Assembly (NCBI RefSeq): GCF_017751145.1
Contig: NZ_CP046640.1
Span: forward strand, 444,137-476,136
DNA from: Iocasia fonsfrigidae
Lineage (GTDB): Bacteria > Bacillota > Halanaerobiia > Halanaerobiales > DTU029
Direction of reading: 5' to 3'
DNA length: 32,000 nt
The notes under the pieces are model-generated. The model ran no database searches. It saw only the letters and a list, made by a program, of their open reading frames with translations, and was not told the DNA's origin. The position numbers and the translations under genes are program-made. Shown here one piece after another: positions 1-8,800 of the stretch. How positions within the stretch are numbered: position 1 is the first letter of the stretch; every line of letters starts with the position of its first letter.

Positions 1-84
1 ACAGGTTTAAGTGAAGAACCCTCACTTTATTTTCAGTTGATAAATGCTGAAGGGCCGATCGACCCCCGTGAATACATAAAATAA
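1..84 (+). CDS. 3' end of a CDS cut by the window edge: C-terminus of an M23/LytM-type peptidase domain, apparently with a degenerate active site
   Basis: Frame 1 is open from base 1 and reads TGLSEEPSLYFQLINAEGPIDPREYIK* (stop 82-84). It resembles the C-terminal M23 block (..TG.STGPHLHFE....G..VDP..Y), but the HxH histidines are SLY here. Only 27 codons are visible. Confidence 0.4.
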   Translation, partial: TGLSEEPSLYFQLINAEGPIDPREYIK

Positions 85-263
85 GAAATTTTTAAAAAAT
101 ATTATCAGCTGTCGGCCTAGTTTATATTTAAGCGTCTTGCATAATTGATTGTTGCCGTCCAAAAACTTCTCTGTTTAAATAGGGAGTGCCCTAGGTGCTC
201 TGTTTTAATCGGCTGGTCAACAATTCAATTATGCAAAAGTTCTATTATGAAAGAGTCTTATTT

Positions 264-310
264 AAAAAAGTCCCACCTGTATATATCATATATACAGGTG
301 GGACTTTTTT
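264..310. terminator. Bidirectional intrinsic terminator between convergent genes (M23-like gene on +, cstA on -)
   Basis: Perfect 23-nt inverted repeat: aaaaaagtcccacctgtatatat (264-286), c287, atatatacaggtgggactttttt (288-310). The GC-rich stem core is flanked by an A-run and a T-run, so it works on both strands. Confidence 0.85.
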
Positions 311-361
311 AAATAGCTGGCTTAAATAGTTAATATTACCCTACCTTTGTCATCCTTCATA

Positions 362-2041
362 TTAGGCACTAATATTGCTACTGAGTTCTTCTTTTCTGGT
401 CTTATTAAAGACATTACAGGATTCGACAACCATCCAGACTTCGAGTACAAAGAGGATGGCACCGATAGTTGTTAGTAAGGTATTACCCTGTCCATAGAAT
501 TGATTTATATTATAGAGCAGGGCCCAGGTTTCGATAATGACCATAAAAATAAAGGGCAGCATGGTAACATAGATAGGTTTCTGCTTTTTAAGTAGATAAA
601 CAGTCACAACCAGCAAGGCCAGGGCAGCCAGCATTTGATTGGCAGCACCAAATAGTGGCCAAAGAATCATACCCCCTGCACCACCATTAATACTGGCCAA
701 TAGGAAAGCAGCTATTACAGCGACGAGTGTTGCGCCATGTTTGCTAGCCAGTGGTTTAATTTTGAAATCGCTGGCCAGTTCAGATATTACATAACGCTGG
801 ATACGTGTGGCACTATCAAGAGTTGTGGCAGCAAAACTTACTACTAGTACAGAGAGAATAGCCGTACCTATGGTATGGGTAAGACCAAGACTTGTCAGGA
901 AGGAAGAACCCCCTTCTACAAAGGCACTAACCTTGGCAGCCAATCCATTAGCAGCACTCCAGCTGGCATAGTGAGAGGTCCAGGCCTCTAAAGAGGCAAA
1001 TCCGGCAATACAAACCAGGATAGTTATAGTAGCTAAAATTCCCTCAGCCAGCATACCACCATAACCAATAAAGCGGGCATCTTTTTCACTTTCCAATTGT
1101 TTAACTGTTGTACCAGAGGAAACAGTGGAGTGGAAACCAGAGATAGCCCCACAGGCAATAGTAATAAACAAGAAGGGTATAATAGGTGGTGCTCCAGCCG
1201 CATTGTGGTTAAAGGCTGGTGCTACAATCTCTGGTCTGGCAATAAATAAACCAGCAATAATCAAAATAAGCCCGACCATTAATTCATGGGAGTTAATAAA
1301 ATCTCTTGCTTGTAAAAGTGTCCAGACAGGTAATACAGAAGCAATATAGGCATAAATCATTAAGATAATAACCCAGACCATTCTGGGTGATAGGCCTAGT
1401 ATGGCAGGCATTTTAAAAGGCAGATAAATACCTATCCAGATAGTTACATACATAAGTGCCAGGGCAATTAGTGAAGGTATTAGTACATTTTTGCCTTTCT
1501 TATAAACCAGAAAGCCCAGGGTTATAGCTATTGGAATTTCCATCCAGACCGGAAAAACACTCTGTGGATATGTTTCAAACAAGATAGCAATAATTAAAGC
1601 AAAAACGGCAATTAGGATTAGTAGTGTAAAAAATATAAATAATAAGAAGAGAGTACGCACCCTGTTATTAACAATATTACCACTGATTTCACCGATGCTT
1701 TTACCTTCATTTCGGGCAGAGATCATTAAGGAACTAAAGTCATGGACAGCACCCAGAAAGATTGAACCGAAAATTACCCACAATATAGCTGGAACCCAGC
1801 CCCAGATCACGGCAATAGCAGGACCGACTATTGGAGCAGCGCCAGCAATAGATGTGAAATGATGACCAAATAGGATAGGGCTGCTTGTTGGGACATAATC
1901 AACACCATCTTTATATTGATGGGATGGTGTTTCATTAGCTGGATTCACTTCAAATATCCTGGTACTGATATACTTCCCATAGAAATTATAGGCAATAATA
2001 AAACCAACAAAGGTACCTAAAGCAATTAAAATCGAACCCAT
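362..2041 (-). CDS. cstA: Carbon starvation protein CstA family transporter (peptide/pyruvate uptake family)
   Basis: 559-aa polytopic membrane ORF. Recalled CstA signature blocks are present: HHFTSIAGAAPIVGPAIAV and ACGAISGFHSTVSSGTT. The ATG at 2041 is preceded by AAGGAGGA (minus strand). Confidence 0.9.
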   Translation of the reverse strand: MGSILIALGTFVGFIIAYNFYGKYISTRIFEVNPANETPSHQYKDGVDYVPTSSPILFGHHFTSIAGAAPIVGPAIAVIWGWVPAILWVIFGSIFLGAVHDFSSLMISARNEGKSIGEISGNIVNNRVRTLFLLFIFFTLLILIAVFALIIAILFETYPQSVFPVWMEIPIAITLGFLVYKKGKNVLIPSLIALALMYVTIWIGIYLPFKMPAILGLSPRMVWVIILMIYAYIASVLPVWTLLQARDFINSHELMVGLILIIAGLFIARPEIVAPAFNHNAAGAPPIIPFLFITIACGAISGFHSTVSSGTTVKQLESEKDARFIGYGGMLAEGILATITILVCIAGFASLEAWTSHYASWSAANGLAAKVSAFVEGGSSFLTSLGLTHTIGTAILSVLVVSFAATTLDSATRIQRYVISELASDFKIKPLASKHGATLVAVIAAFLLASINGGAGGMILWPLFGAANQMLAALALLVVTVYLLKKQKPIYVTMLPFIFMVIIETWALLYNINQFYGQGNTLLTTIGAILFVLEVWMVVESCNVFNKTRKEELSSNISA

Positions 2042-2178
2042 AAAATTAAATCCTCCTTAATTTGTTTTGTTTATGGCAGCCAGCTTCTTTGAACAATCCT
2101 CCTTTCAGACCTTAAGTAACTACCATAATATAACTTAATCCCCATTATAAGGTTCTGCATCAAACAATAAACTCCTGC

Positions 2179-2211
2179 TAAAAAATAGATATTACTGTAA
2201 AAAATAGATAT
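2179..2211. promoter_or_regulatory. 14-bp perfect direct repeat (taaaaaatagatat x2, period 19 bp) in the divergent cstA/spoIIID control region
   Basis: taaaaaatagatat at 2179-2192 and again at 2198-2211. On the + strand, ATATT (2188-2192), 14 nt, then GATATAAAT resembles a sigma-E-type -35/-10 pair ahead of spoIIID. Confidence 0.35.
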
Positions 2212-2306
2212 AAATTTACTGATTAAAGATGCCTTTGGTATATTTCACCTTAACCCCTGCATATAAATTAATTAGTATTGGGTATTTGATCTGGGGGGAA
2301 TTAAGA

Positions 2307-2564
2307 TTGAAGGATTATATTAGAGAAAGGGTAATAGAGGTGGCAAACTATATTTATGAAACACGGGCCACTGTCCGGCAGACAGCAAAAATCTATGGTG
2401 TTAGCAAGAGTACAATTCATAAAGATGTTACCGAGCGCTTAACACGTATTGATGCTGAGCTTGCTTCCCGGGTGAAAAAAGTTCTTGAGTTTAATAAAGC
2501 AGAACGTCATATCAGGGGTGGTGAAGCAACTAAAAGGAAATATAAGAATTTGAAGAATAATTAG
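2307..2564 (+). CDS. spoIIID: Sporulation transcriptional regulator SpoIIID (HTH)
   Basis: The sequence ..KDYIRERVIEVANYIYETRATVRQTAKIYGVSKSTIHKDVTERL...RHIRGGEATKRKY aligns along its length with recalled B. subtilis SpoIIID. The tracked ORF starts at 2229, but a TTG at 2307 preceded by GGGGGG (2294-2299) gives the canonical ~85-aa protein. Confidence 0.9.
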   Translation: MKDYIRERVIEVANYIYETRATVRQTAKIYGVSKSTIHKDVTERLTRIDAELASRVKKVLEFNKAERHIRGGEATKRKYKNLKNN

Positions 2565-2641
2565 GTAAAATGTCGCATATTCTTTATCATTATGATGCAG
2601 GAGAAAAATGATAAACCTAGAATATAATATTTAGAGTGTGT

Positions 2642-2751
2642 GTTCGAAAAGGCATGAATAGGGGATTATATATCCCTGAACGAAGTTAAGGTGTTACCGT
2701 TGAGTGAAGGGATATATAATCCCCGGCGGTATATACTGATACTTTTCGAAC
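2642..2751 (+). promoter_or_regulatory. 110-nt two-tier hairpin at the predicted 5' end of the mreB/mbl transcript
   Basis: Outer stem gttcgaaaag (2642-2651) pairs with cttttcgaac (2742-2751). Inner perfect 17-bp stem ggggattatatatccct (2661-2677) pairs with agggatatataatcccc (2708-2724). A TATAAT at 2623-2628 would start transcription just upstream of the structure. Confidence 0.5.
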
Positions 2752-2790
2752 AGGCTCTTAGAGTTATGCAAATGAGGGGAGTTGGATAAG

Positions 2791-3819
2791 ATGCTAGGGC
2801 TTTCCAAAAAAATAGGGATAGATCTAGGTACAGCGAATATTTTAGTATATGAAAAAGGAAAGGGTATTGTCGTACAAGAACCATCGGTTGTAGCGATGGA
2901 TACTGAAACCAATAAAGTCGTTGCTGTGGGGACAGAAGCCAGGAGGATGCTCGGGAGGACACCAGGGAATATTGTGGCTATAAGGCCTTTAAAGGATGGG
3001 GTTATAGCTGATTTTGATGTTACAGAATTAATGTTAAAACACTTCATTACTGCTGCCGTAAAGAGGCGCAGACTCTTTAAACCAATTGTGATGGTTTGTA
3101 TACCAGTTGGTATTACAGGTGTTGAAAAAAGGGCTGTTATTGAATCAGCTATGCAGGTAGGGGCCAGAAAGACCTTTTTAATCGAAGAACCGCTGGCAGC
3201 AGCCATTGGTGCTGGCCTGCCGATTGAAGAACCACGGGGTAGTATGGTCATAGATATTGGTGGTGGCACATCAGAGATAGCAGTTATTTCCCTGGGAGGA
3301 ATAGTTGTCAGTGAGTCCCTGAGAATTGGCGGTGACCGCTTTGATGAGGCTGTTATCCGTTATATTAGGGATAAGTATAACCTTATTATTGGGGATAAGA
3401 CTGCTGAAGAGATTAAAACAACGATCGGGTCAGCCTTTGTAGAAGAAAGCAGGGAATTTGAAGTAAGAGGCAGGAGTGTCCTTACTGGTCTTCCTAAAAA
3501 TTTGAATATTACGTCAGAGGAGACTGTAGAGGCTTTTCAAGAGCCAATAAATGCTATTATAGCAGCTGTAACCCGTGTTCTGGAACAGACTCCACCTGAA
3601 TTATCATCAGATATTATGGACAGGGGAATTATTATGACAGGTGGAGGCTCTTTATTGAATAATTTGACCAAATTAATTAGTCAGAAAACTGAGATTCCTG
3701 TATTTTTAGCTGATGACCCTTTGACTTGTGTTGCAGAGGGTACTGGACATGCCCTGGAAGAAATAGATAATTTAGCAGATGCACTGACATCCAATGATGG
3801 AGTTGGATATAGGCGGTAA
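2791..3819 (+). CDS. mreB: Rod-shape-determining actin homologue, MreB/Mbl family
   Basis: [35 protein letters not shown]..., [36 protein letters not shown] and [10 protein letters not shown] are classic MreB blocks. The spoIIID-mbl adjacency mirrors Bacillus. The ATG at 2791 follows RBS GAGGGGAG. The tracked TTG at 2782 is too close to that RBS. Confidence 0.93.
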   Translation: MLGLSKKIGIDLGTANILVYEKGKGIVVQEPSVVAMDTETNKVVAVGTEARRMLGRTPGNIVAIRPLKDGVIADFDVTELMLKHFITAAVKRRRLFKPIVMVCIPVGITGVEKRAVIESAMQVGARKTFLIEEPLAAAIGAGLPIEEPRGSMVIDIGGGTSEIAVISLGGIVVSESLRIGGDRFDEAVIRYIRDKYNLIIGDKTAEEIKTTIGSAFVEESREFEVRGRSVLTGLPKNLNITSEETVEAFQEPINAIIAAVTRVLEQTPPELSSDIMDRGIIMTGGGSLLNNLTKLISQKTEIPVFLADDPLTCVAEGTGHALEEIDNLADALTSNDGVGYRR

Positions 3820-3855
3820 AAAATTAGCAAAAGTAATTAGAAGGGATTTGATGTT

Positions 3856-5601
3856 TTGCGTTTTAAAATAAAACACTTTATGTTTGTATTATTGATTATG
3901 ATACTTATTAGTGGTTTTTCTGTTGCTGAAGAGATTATGCCCCTTACAGAGATAGAAGCAGGTATGCAGGGTAAAGCAAAGACGGTTTTTTACGGTGATA
4001 AGGTAGAGGAATTTCCGGTTGAAATAATAGATATTATGCCTGATCAGGGATTAAACAGGGATTTGATATTGATCAGGGCAGGTGGTGAAAAGATAGATGA
4101 AATAGGTGGGATAGCCGCTGGAATGAGCGGTAGCCCTGTCTATATTGAAGGCAAATTGATAGGTGCTATTGGTTATGGATGGAGTTTTAGCGAGGGCAAT
4201 TATGCCCTGGTAACACCTATTGAAGACATGCTGACCTTAATAAATAGTGAAGATAATGAAGGTATAGAGAATAGTAATTTAGCTGAAAGAGGGTTATCAA
4301 CCCCATTATTAGTAAGTGGTTTAACAGGTAGGTCTTTTGATAGATTAAAAAAAGACCTGGAGAGCCTTGGTTTAGAGCTTACTCCCTATAATGTTTCTAC
4401 TGGAGGCCGGGCAGAGTTTAAGACTAAGCTTGAACCAGGTAGTGCTGTTGCTGTACAACTGGTCAGGGGTGATATCAATATCGGTTCTATTGGAACAGTA
4501 AGCTATCTTGATGAAAGTGGTAATATTCTTGCCTTTGGTCACCCTTTTTTCAATAAAGGTGAGGTAGATTATATGTTAAGTAGTGCCACTATTAGGGGTG
4601 TTATCCCCAGTATGCAGCAGCCTTTTAAATTAGGCTCTCCGAATAAAGAACTTTTGGGGTCAATTACAGTTGATAGAGGCGCTGGTATTGCTGGAAAGCT
4701 TAAGAAATACTCCCGGGTAATTCCCCTGAGAATACGGGTCTTTGATCAGGAACGGGAAGTTGAAAACAAGGTAAATGCCCAGCTAATACGTGATGAAGAC
4801 CTGATAACCTCTCTAGTTACCAATATTGGTCTGGAATCACTTGATGCTACTTTAGATAGGATTGGTGAAGGTACAGCCAGGACGAGGTTTAAGATCACAG
4901 CTAATGGTCTGCCTGCCCTGTCTATAGAAAGAGAGAATATGTATTACAGCAGGCGTGATATTGCCTCTCTGGCCCTGCTAGATCTTTATCAGGTAATGGA
5001 TATAATAACTGGTAATCCCTTTCAGGAGGTTAATTTGATAGATATACAATATGATGTAGAGGTAGACCATACTGCCCAGGTTGCCCTGGTTCAGGAGGCT
5101 AGAGTTATTAATCAGGAGATTAGGCCAGGTGATCAGGTAGAAGTTGAGGTTATTCTTCATCCCTACCGGGGAGAGGTTTTTACTAAAAATGTAAAGATTG
5201 AGATACCTGAGGATACCCAACCCGGTATGGCCAGTATGGTAATAGATGGCGGATTTACCGGACAGTCATATCAGCATCTCCCAGAGGATTCTACCCAGGA
5301 GGATGATCTTAATCAGGCAGTTGTACAGGGATATAAGGATTTTCCTTCTATTATCGAGGATTATCTGGAAAAACCAAAAAATAATGATTTAATCATACAG
5401 GTCTATCCAGGATATACACCTGATGATATTGAAGCTGAAGATGAGCATAAACAGGGTCATGAAGCTGGAGATCAAGAAGATGAAAGGAAAGAAAATAAAG
5501 AGGAGTCACCGGAGAATACAGCTGCCCCTGATCAAGAACCCAAAGAAGAGGAAGAAAGAATAGATAATAGGGAAATAGAAGAGACAGAAATAAAGGAATA
5601 G
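3856..5601 (+). CDS. Secreted peptidase S55 (SpoIVB-like) domain protein with an acidic low-complexity C-terminal tail
   Basis: It has a signal-peptide-like N-terminus (MRFKIKHFMFVLLIMILISGFSVA). GGIAAGMSGSPVYIEGKLIGAIGYGW matches the recalled SpoIVB catalytic-Ser block ([26 protein letters not shown]). A later IGTVSYLDESGNILAFGHPF matches the SpoIVB His block. TTG start with RBS AGAAGGGA. Confidence 0.7.
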   Translation: MRFKIKHFMFVLLIMILISGFSVAEEIMPLTEIEAGMQGKAKTVFYGDKVEEFPVEIIDIMPDQGLNRDLILIRAGGEKIDEIGGIAAGMSGSPVYIEGKLIGAIGYGWSFSEGNYALVTPIEDMLTLINSEDNEGIENSNLAERGLSTPLLVSGLTGRSFDRLKKDLESLGLELTPYNVSTGGRAEFKTKLEPGSAVAVQLVRGDINIGSIGTVSYLDESGNILAFGHPFFNKGEVDYMLSSATIRGVIPSMQQPFKLGSPNKELLGSITVDRGAGIAGKLKKYSRVIPLRIRVFDQEREVENKVNAQLIRDEDLITSLVTNIGLESLDATLDRIGEGTARTRFKITANGLPALSIERENMYYSRRDIASLALLDLYQVMDIITGNPFQEVNLIDIQYDVEVDHTAQVALVQEARVINQEIRPGDQVEVEVILHPYRGEVFTKNVKIEIPEDTQPGMASMVIDGGFTGQSYQHLPEDSTQEDDLNQAVVQGYKDFPSIIEDYLEKPKNNDLIIQVYPGYTPDDIEAEDEHKQGHEAGDQEDERKENKEESPENTAAPDQEPKEEEERIDNREIEETEIKE

Positions 5602-5735
5602 TTGAAACAGATTATGTATTGGAAGGAAACCTATCTCTAGATATTAATATAAAGGATATAAATAGTAAAAACACCCCTGACATAACAGAGGAAAGAGTAG
5701 AAAAAGGAGAATAGGGCTTAGGAATTTGTGTAAAA

Positions 5736-5763
5736 TAACCCTGGGGATTATCCTCAGGGTTTT
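5736..5763 (+). terminator. Intrinsic terminator after the S55 peptidase gene
   Basis: aaccctgggga (5736-5746), loop tta, tcctcagggtt (5750-5760): an 11-bp stem including one G-U, followed by a short T-run. Confidence 0.6.
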
Positions 5764-5853
5764 CCATTAACTACCTGTCTAAATAGTTGATTTAATAGCC
5801 TAAGTATAATATTATGTAATATGGAAAGTTAGCTATTGGGGGGACAGTAATTT

Positions 5854-8800
5854 ATGAAAACAAAATCAATAATCTATCTGTCCTTACTGATGTTTTTTAT
5901 CCTGACTGCTGTTTTTATTATGAAGGTTTCAACAGAGATAATAGATCTGAAAGAAGAAATCATTAATTATATAGATGAGGTTTACCAACTTAAGATTGAA
6001 GTAGGTAGTATTGATTTCTGGTCATTTACTGCTCTGTCTTTATATGATACAGAGGTTTTGCTTGATCATGATAATATAAGTTTTTCTTCCCCGGAGGTAA
6101 AACTATATTATAATCCCCTGGAATTAATTTTCAGCCAGAAAAAGATTATTGATGGTATTAAACAGATTAAATTTATCAATCCTGTTCTTAATGTCAAAAA
6201 TCAAGCTACAGGGGATGCTGGTACAGTTGATCAGGTAATTAAGGATTATCTTCCTTCAGGGAAAAAGCCAGTACAGTTAATTGTTCAGGATGGTACTGTC
6301 CAGTATTCAGGTGAGGGACAGGAAATAAGGCTGGAAAAACTGGATCTGGCACTGCTTATTGATGAAGAGGGCTGGCAGGGTGACCTTAAAACAGGTTTTC
6401 TTGATTTAGCGAAATTAAGTAGTCCTCTGGAGAAAATCTTTAGTGAACAACAGGGGTCTATACAGAATTTAACAGGTCAGGGAAGTCTTGAGCTGATTTT
6501 TCAGGGTAAGGGGGTTGCTGTTCGGGATTATTCCGGCCGGCTGCTTCTTGATGGGGTTGAAGGGCTTATCTCCTGTACTGATTACCTGGATGATGAGGTG
6601 TTTAATGATTTAAGTGGAGAGATTCTATTTGATTCAGCCAGTCAGCAGCTGCAGTTAAACGGCCTCTATCTAAATTTTTTTAAAACAGCAGTACAGCTTA
6701 GCGGTAGTCTAGATTTTAGCAGAGATACCCCTGAGATATTTGCCAGGGTATATTCAAGTGATTTTAATCCTGAGAGAATAGATATCTTAAAGGAGTATCT
6801 ACCTATCAGTGGTACCGGGATGGTCGAATTATTAATAGCTGGTGATCTGTCATCACCTGAACTACAACTGGATTACTCCCTATCTGATGGTGAGCTATTT
6901 AATAGAGAACAGCCGTGGAAACAGGAGATTGCTGGTTTAGATACTGTAATGCGTTATCATGATGGTTTCTTATATCTGGACTATTTCAATCTTAATATAA
7001 ACCAGGAGAGCTATTTTTCTGCCTCTGGTCTAATTAAACAGGATAAACTGGAGTATAGTATTGACCTGCAGGGTAAAAATATTGACCTGGGTTTAGTGGA
7101 AGAATATCTGCCTGACTATAAGCTGCCAACTGCTACAGGGAAAATAGATATTAACAGCAGTATAAGTGGTCAGGGATTAGACCTTGATAGATTAAATCTT
7201 CTGGGGGATTTTAGGATTAATAATTCAGCTGTGAAAGACTATAGACTTGACCTGATTGAAGGTCAGTTCTGGTTATCCCAGAAGGCTTTGCTTATCCAGC
7301 AGGGGTTAGTAAAGACCCCTTATGGTAATATGAACTTCTCAGGGGAATTAAATTTACTTAATAAGAAACTGGCTTTTTCCTATGAGAACAGTCAACTGGA
7401 TTTATCTCTGTTAACCCCACTTTTAGATGACAAACTCTCTCTAAAAGGTCTGGCCAGTATCAAGGGTAGAGTAGATGGTTATCTAGATAAACCTGAGATG
7501 ACAGCCCGAATTTCTATAGATAATGGTATGCTGGATAAATACCAATTCAGCAATCTAAATTTCAGGGCAGAATATATTGAAGACAAGCTGTCAGTACCTG
7601 CTTTAAGCTGTGAATATCAGGGGGCGGCAGTAGAGGCCAGTGGTAACTTAATGCCTTCACTACAGGCCAGTATTATGATTGAGGATTTACCTTATCATGA
7701 TTTAGCTAAAATAAGTGGTATGTCAATACCACTGGAGGGCTTATTTGATTTATCATTGGGTATCAGCGGCAGTTTTACTTCACCCGAAATTAAAGGGGAG
7801 GTTTTTTCACAGGAGACATCTTTAGTATACCAGAATTTCTCATATTCACTTGATAGGCTAAGTGCTTTGTTTAGCTGGGGGGATAATACTCTGCTGCTTG
7901 AAGATCTTGACCTTCACAGAGACAGAACCCATCTGACAGCTGAAGGAGAGATTATAGAAGAGGAAATAAACCTTGATTTTATTTTGAATGAACTTGACTT
8001 TGAAGAGTATTTACCTGAGATGGCTTTAAAGGGAGATGCCAGCATTAAAGGAACTATGACAGGAAAACTAAGCAATCCGGAATTAAATGGACTAATAGTT
8101 GCTGATAGTATTATATATAATAATTATATGATTGATGGTCTGGTTGGTGAATTATCTTATAGTGATGATAAAATAATAATAACGAACTCTTATCTGCGCT
8201 GTGGTTCTGATGATTATAATATACACGGTAAGCTGACTAATCTAAGTAAGGATATAAAGCTAGACCTTATACTGGAGACAGAAAGAGGGAAGATTAAGGA
8301 CCTGCTAAACAGATATTATACCGGACTTCCTATTCCAGAAGACTATTATTTCAGTGGTAGTGTGGTAGTAGGTGGTTCAATTACTACCCCTGAGGCAGAG
8401 GTAGACCTCTCCTTTTTTGGGGCAGAGGAATCCCAGGGTACTGTTACTATGATCGGAGATATTAAAGATGGTTTTAATCTTAAATTAAAGGGGCAGGGGG
8501 TTGAGATAGAGCAGATACCAGCTATTATCGATAGGGATATTAACCTTAAGGGCAAACTGGACTTCCAGGGTGAAATCACCGGTAATTTTGATTCCTATCA
8601 ATTGAAACTGGCTACCTTTCTCCTGGATGCTAGTATAGGTAATAGTACTATCGAGAGTATTAAAGGTAATTTAAGCTTTACTCAGACAGGTCTTCTGTAT
8701 CTGGAGCAGGTTCTGACTGATTCAGCAGATAGGACGTTAACCTTTAGTGGGTACATACCTGTTAAAAAAACTGCTGGTGAATATGACCTCAAGGCAGATT

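Noticed and set aside
231-332. 33-codon ORF (MQKFYYERVLFKKVPP...) running through the terminator hairpin
   Set aside because: It has no RBS, and most of the ORF is the palindromic terminator sequence itself.
1125-1349. 74-aa + strand ORF inside cstA
   Set aside because: It is entirely antisense to a well-supported 559-aa transporter gene. It has no RBS, and its composition looks like the mirror of a membrane protein.
2666-3269. Two minus-strand ORFs (98 and 191 aa) overlapping the leader hairpin and mreB/mbl
   Set aside because: They are antisense to a near-canonical MreB sequence. The peptides are low-complexity and match no recognisable family.
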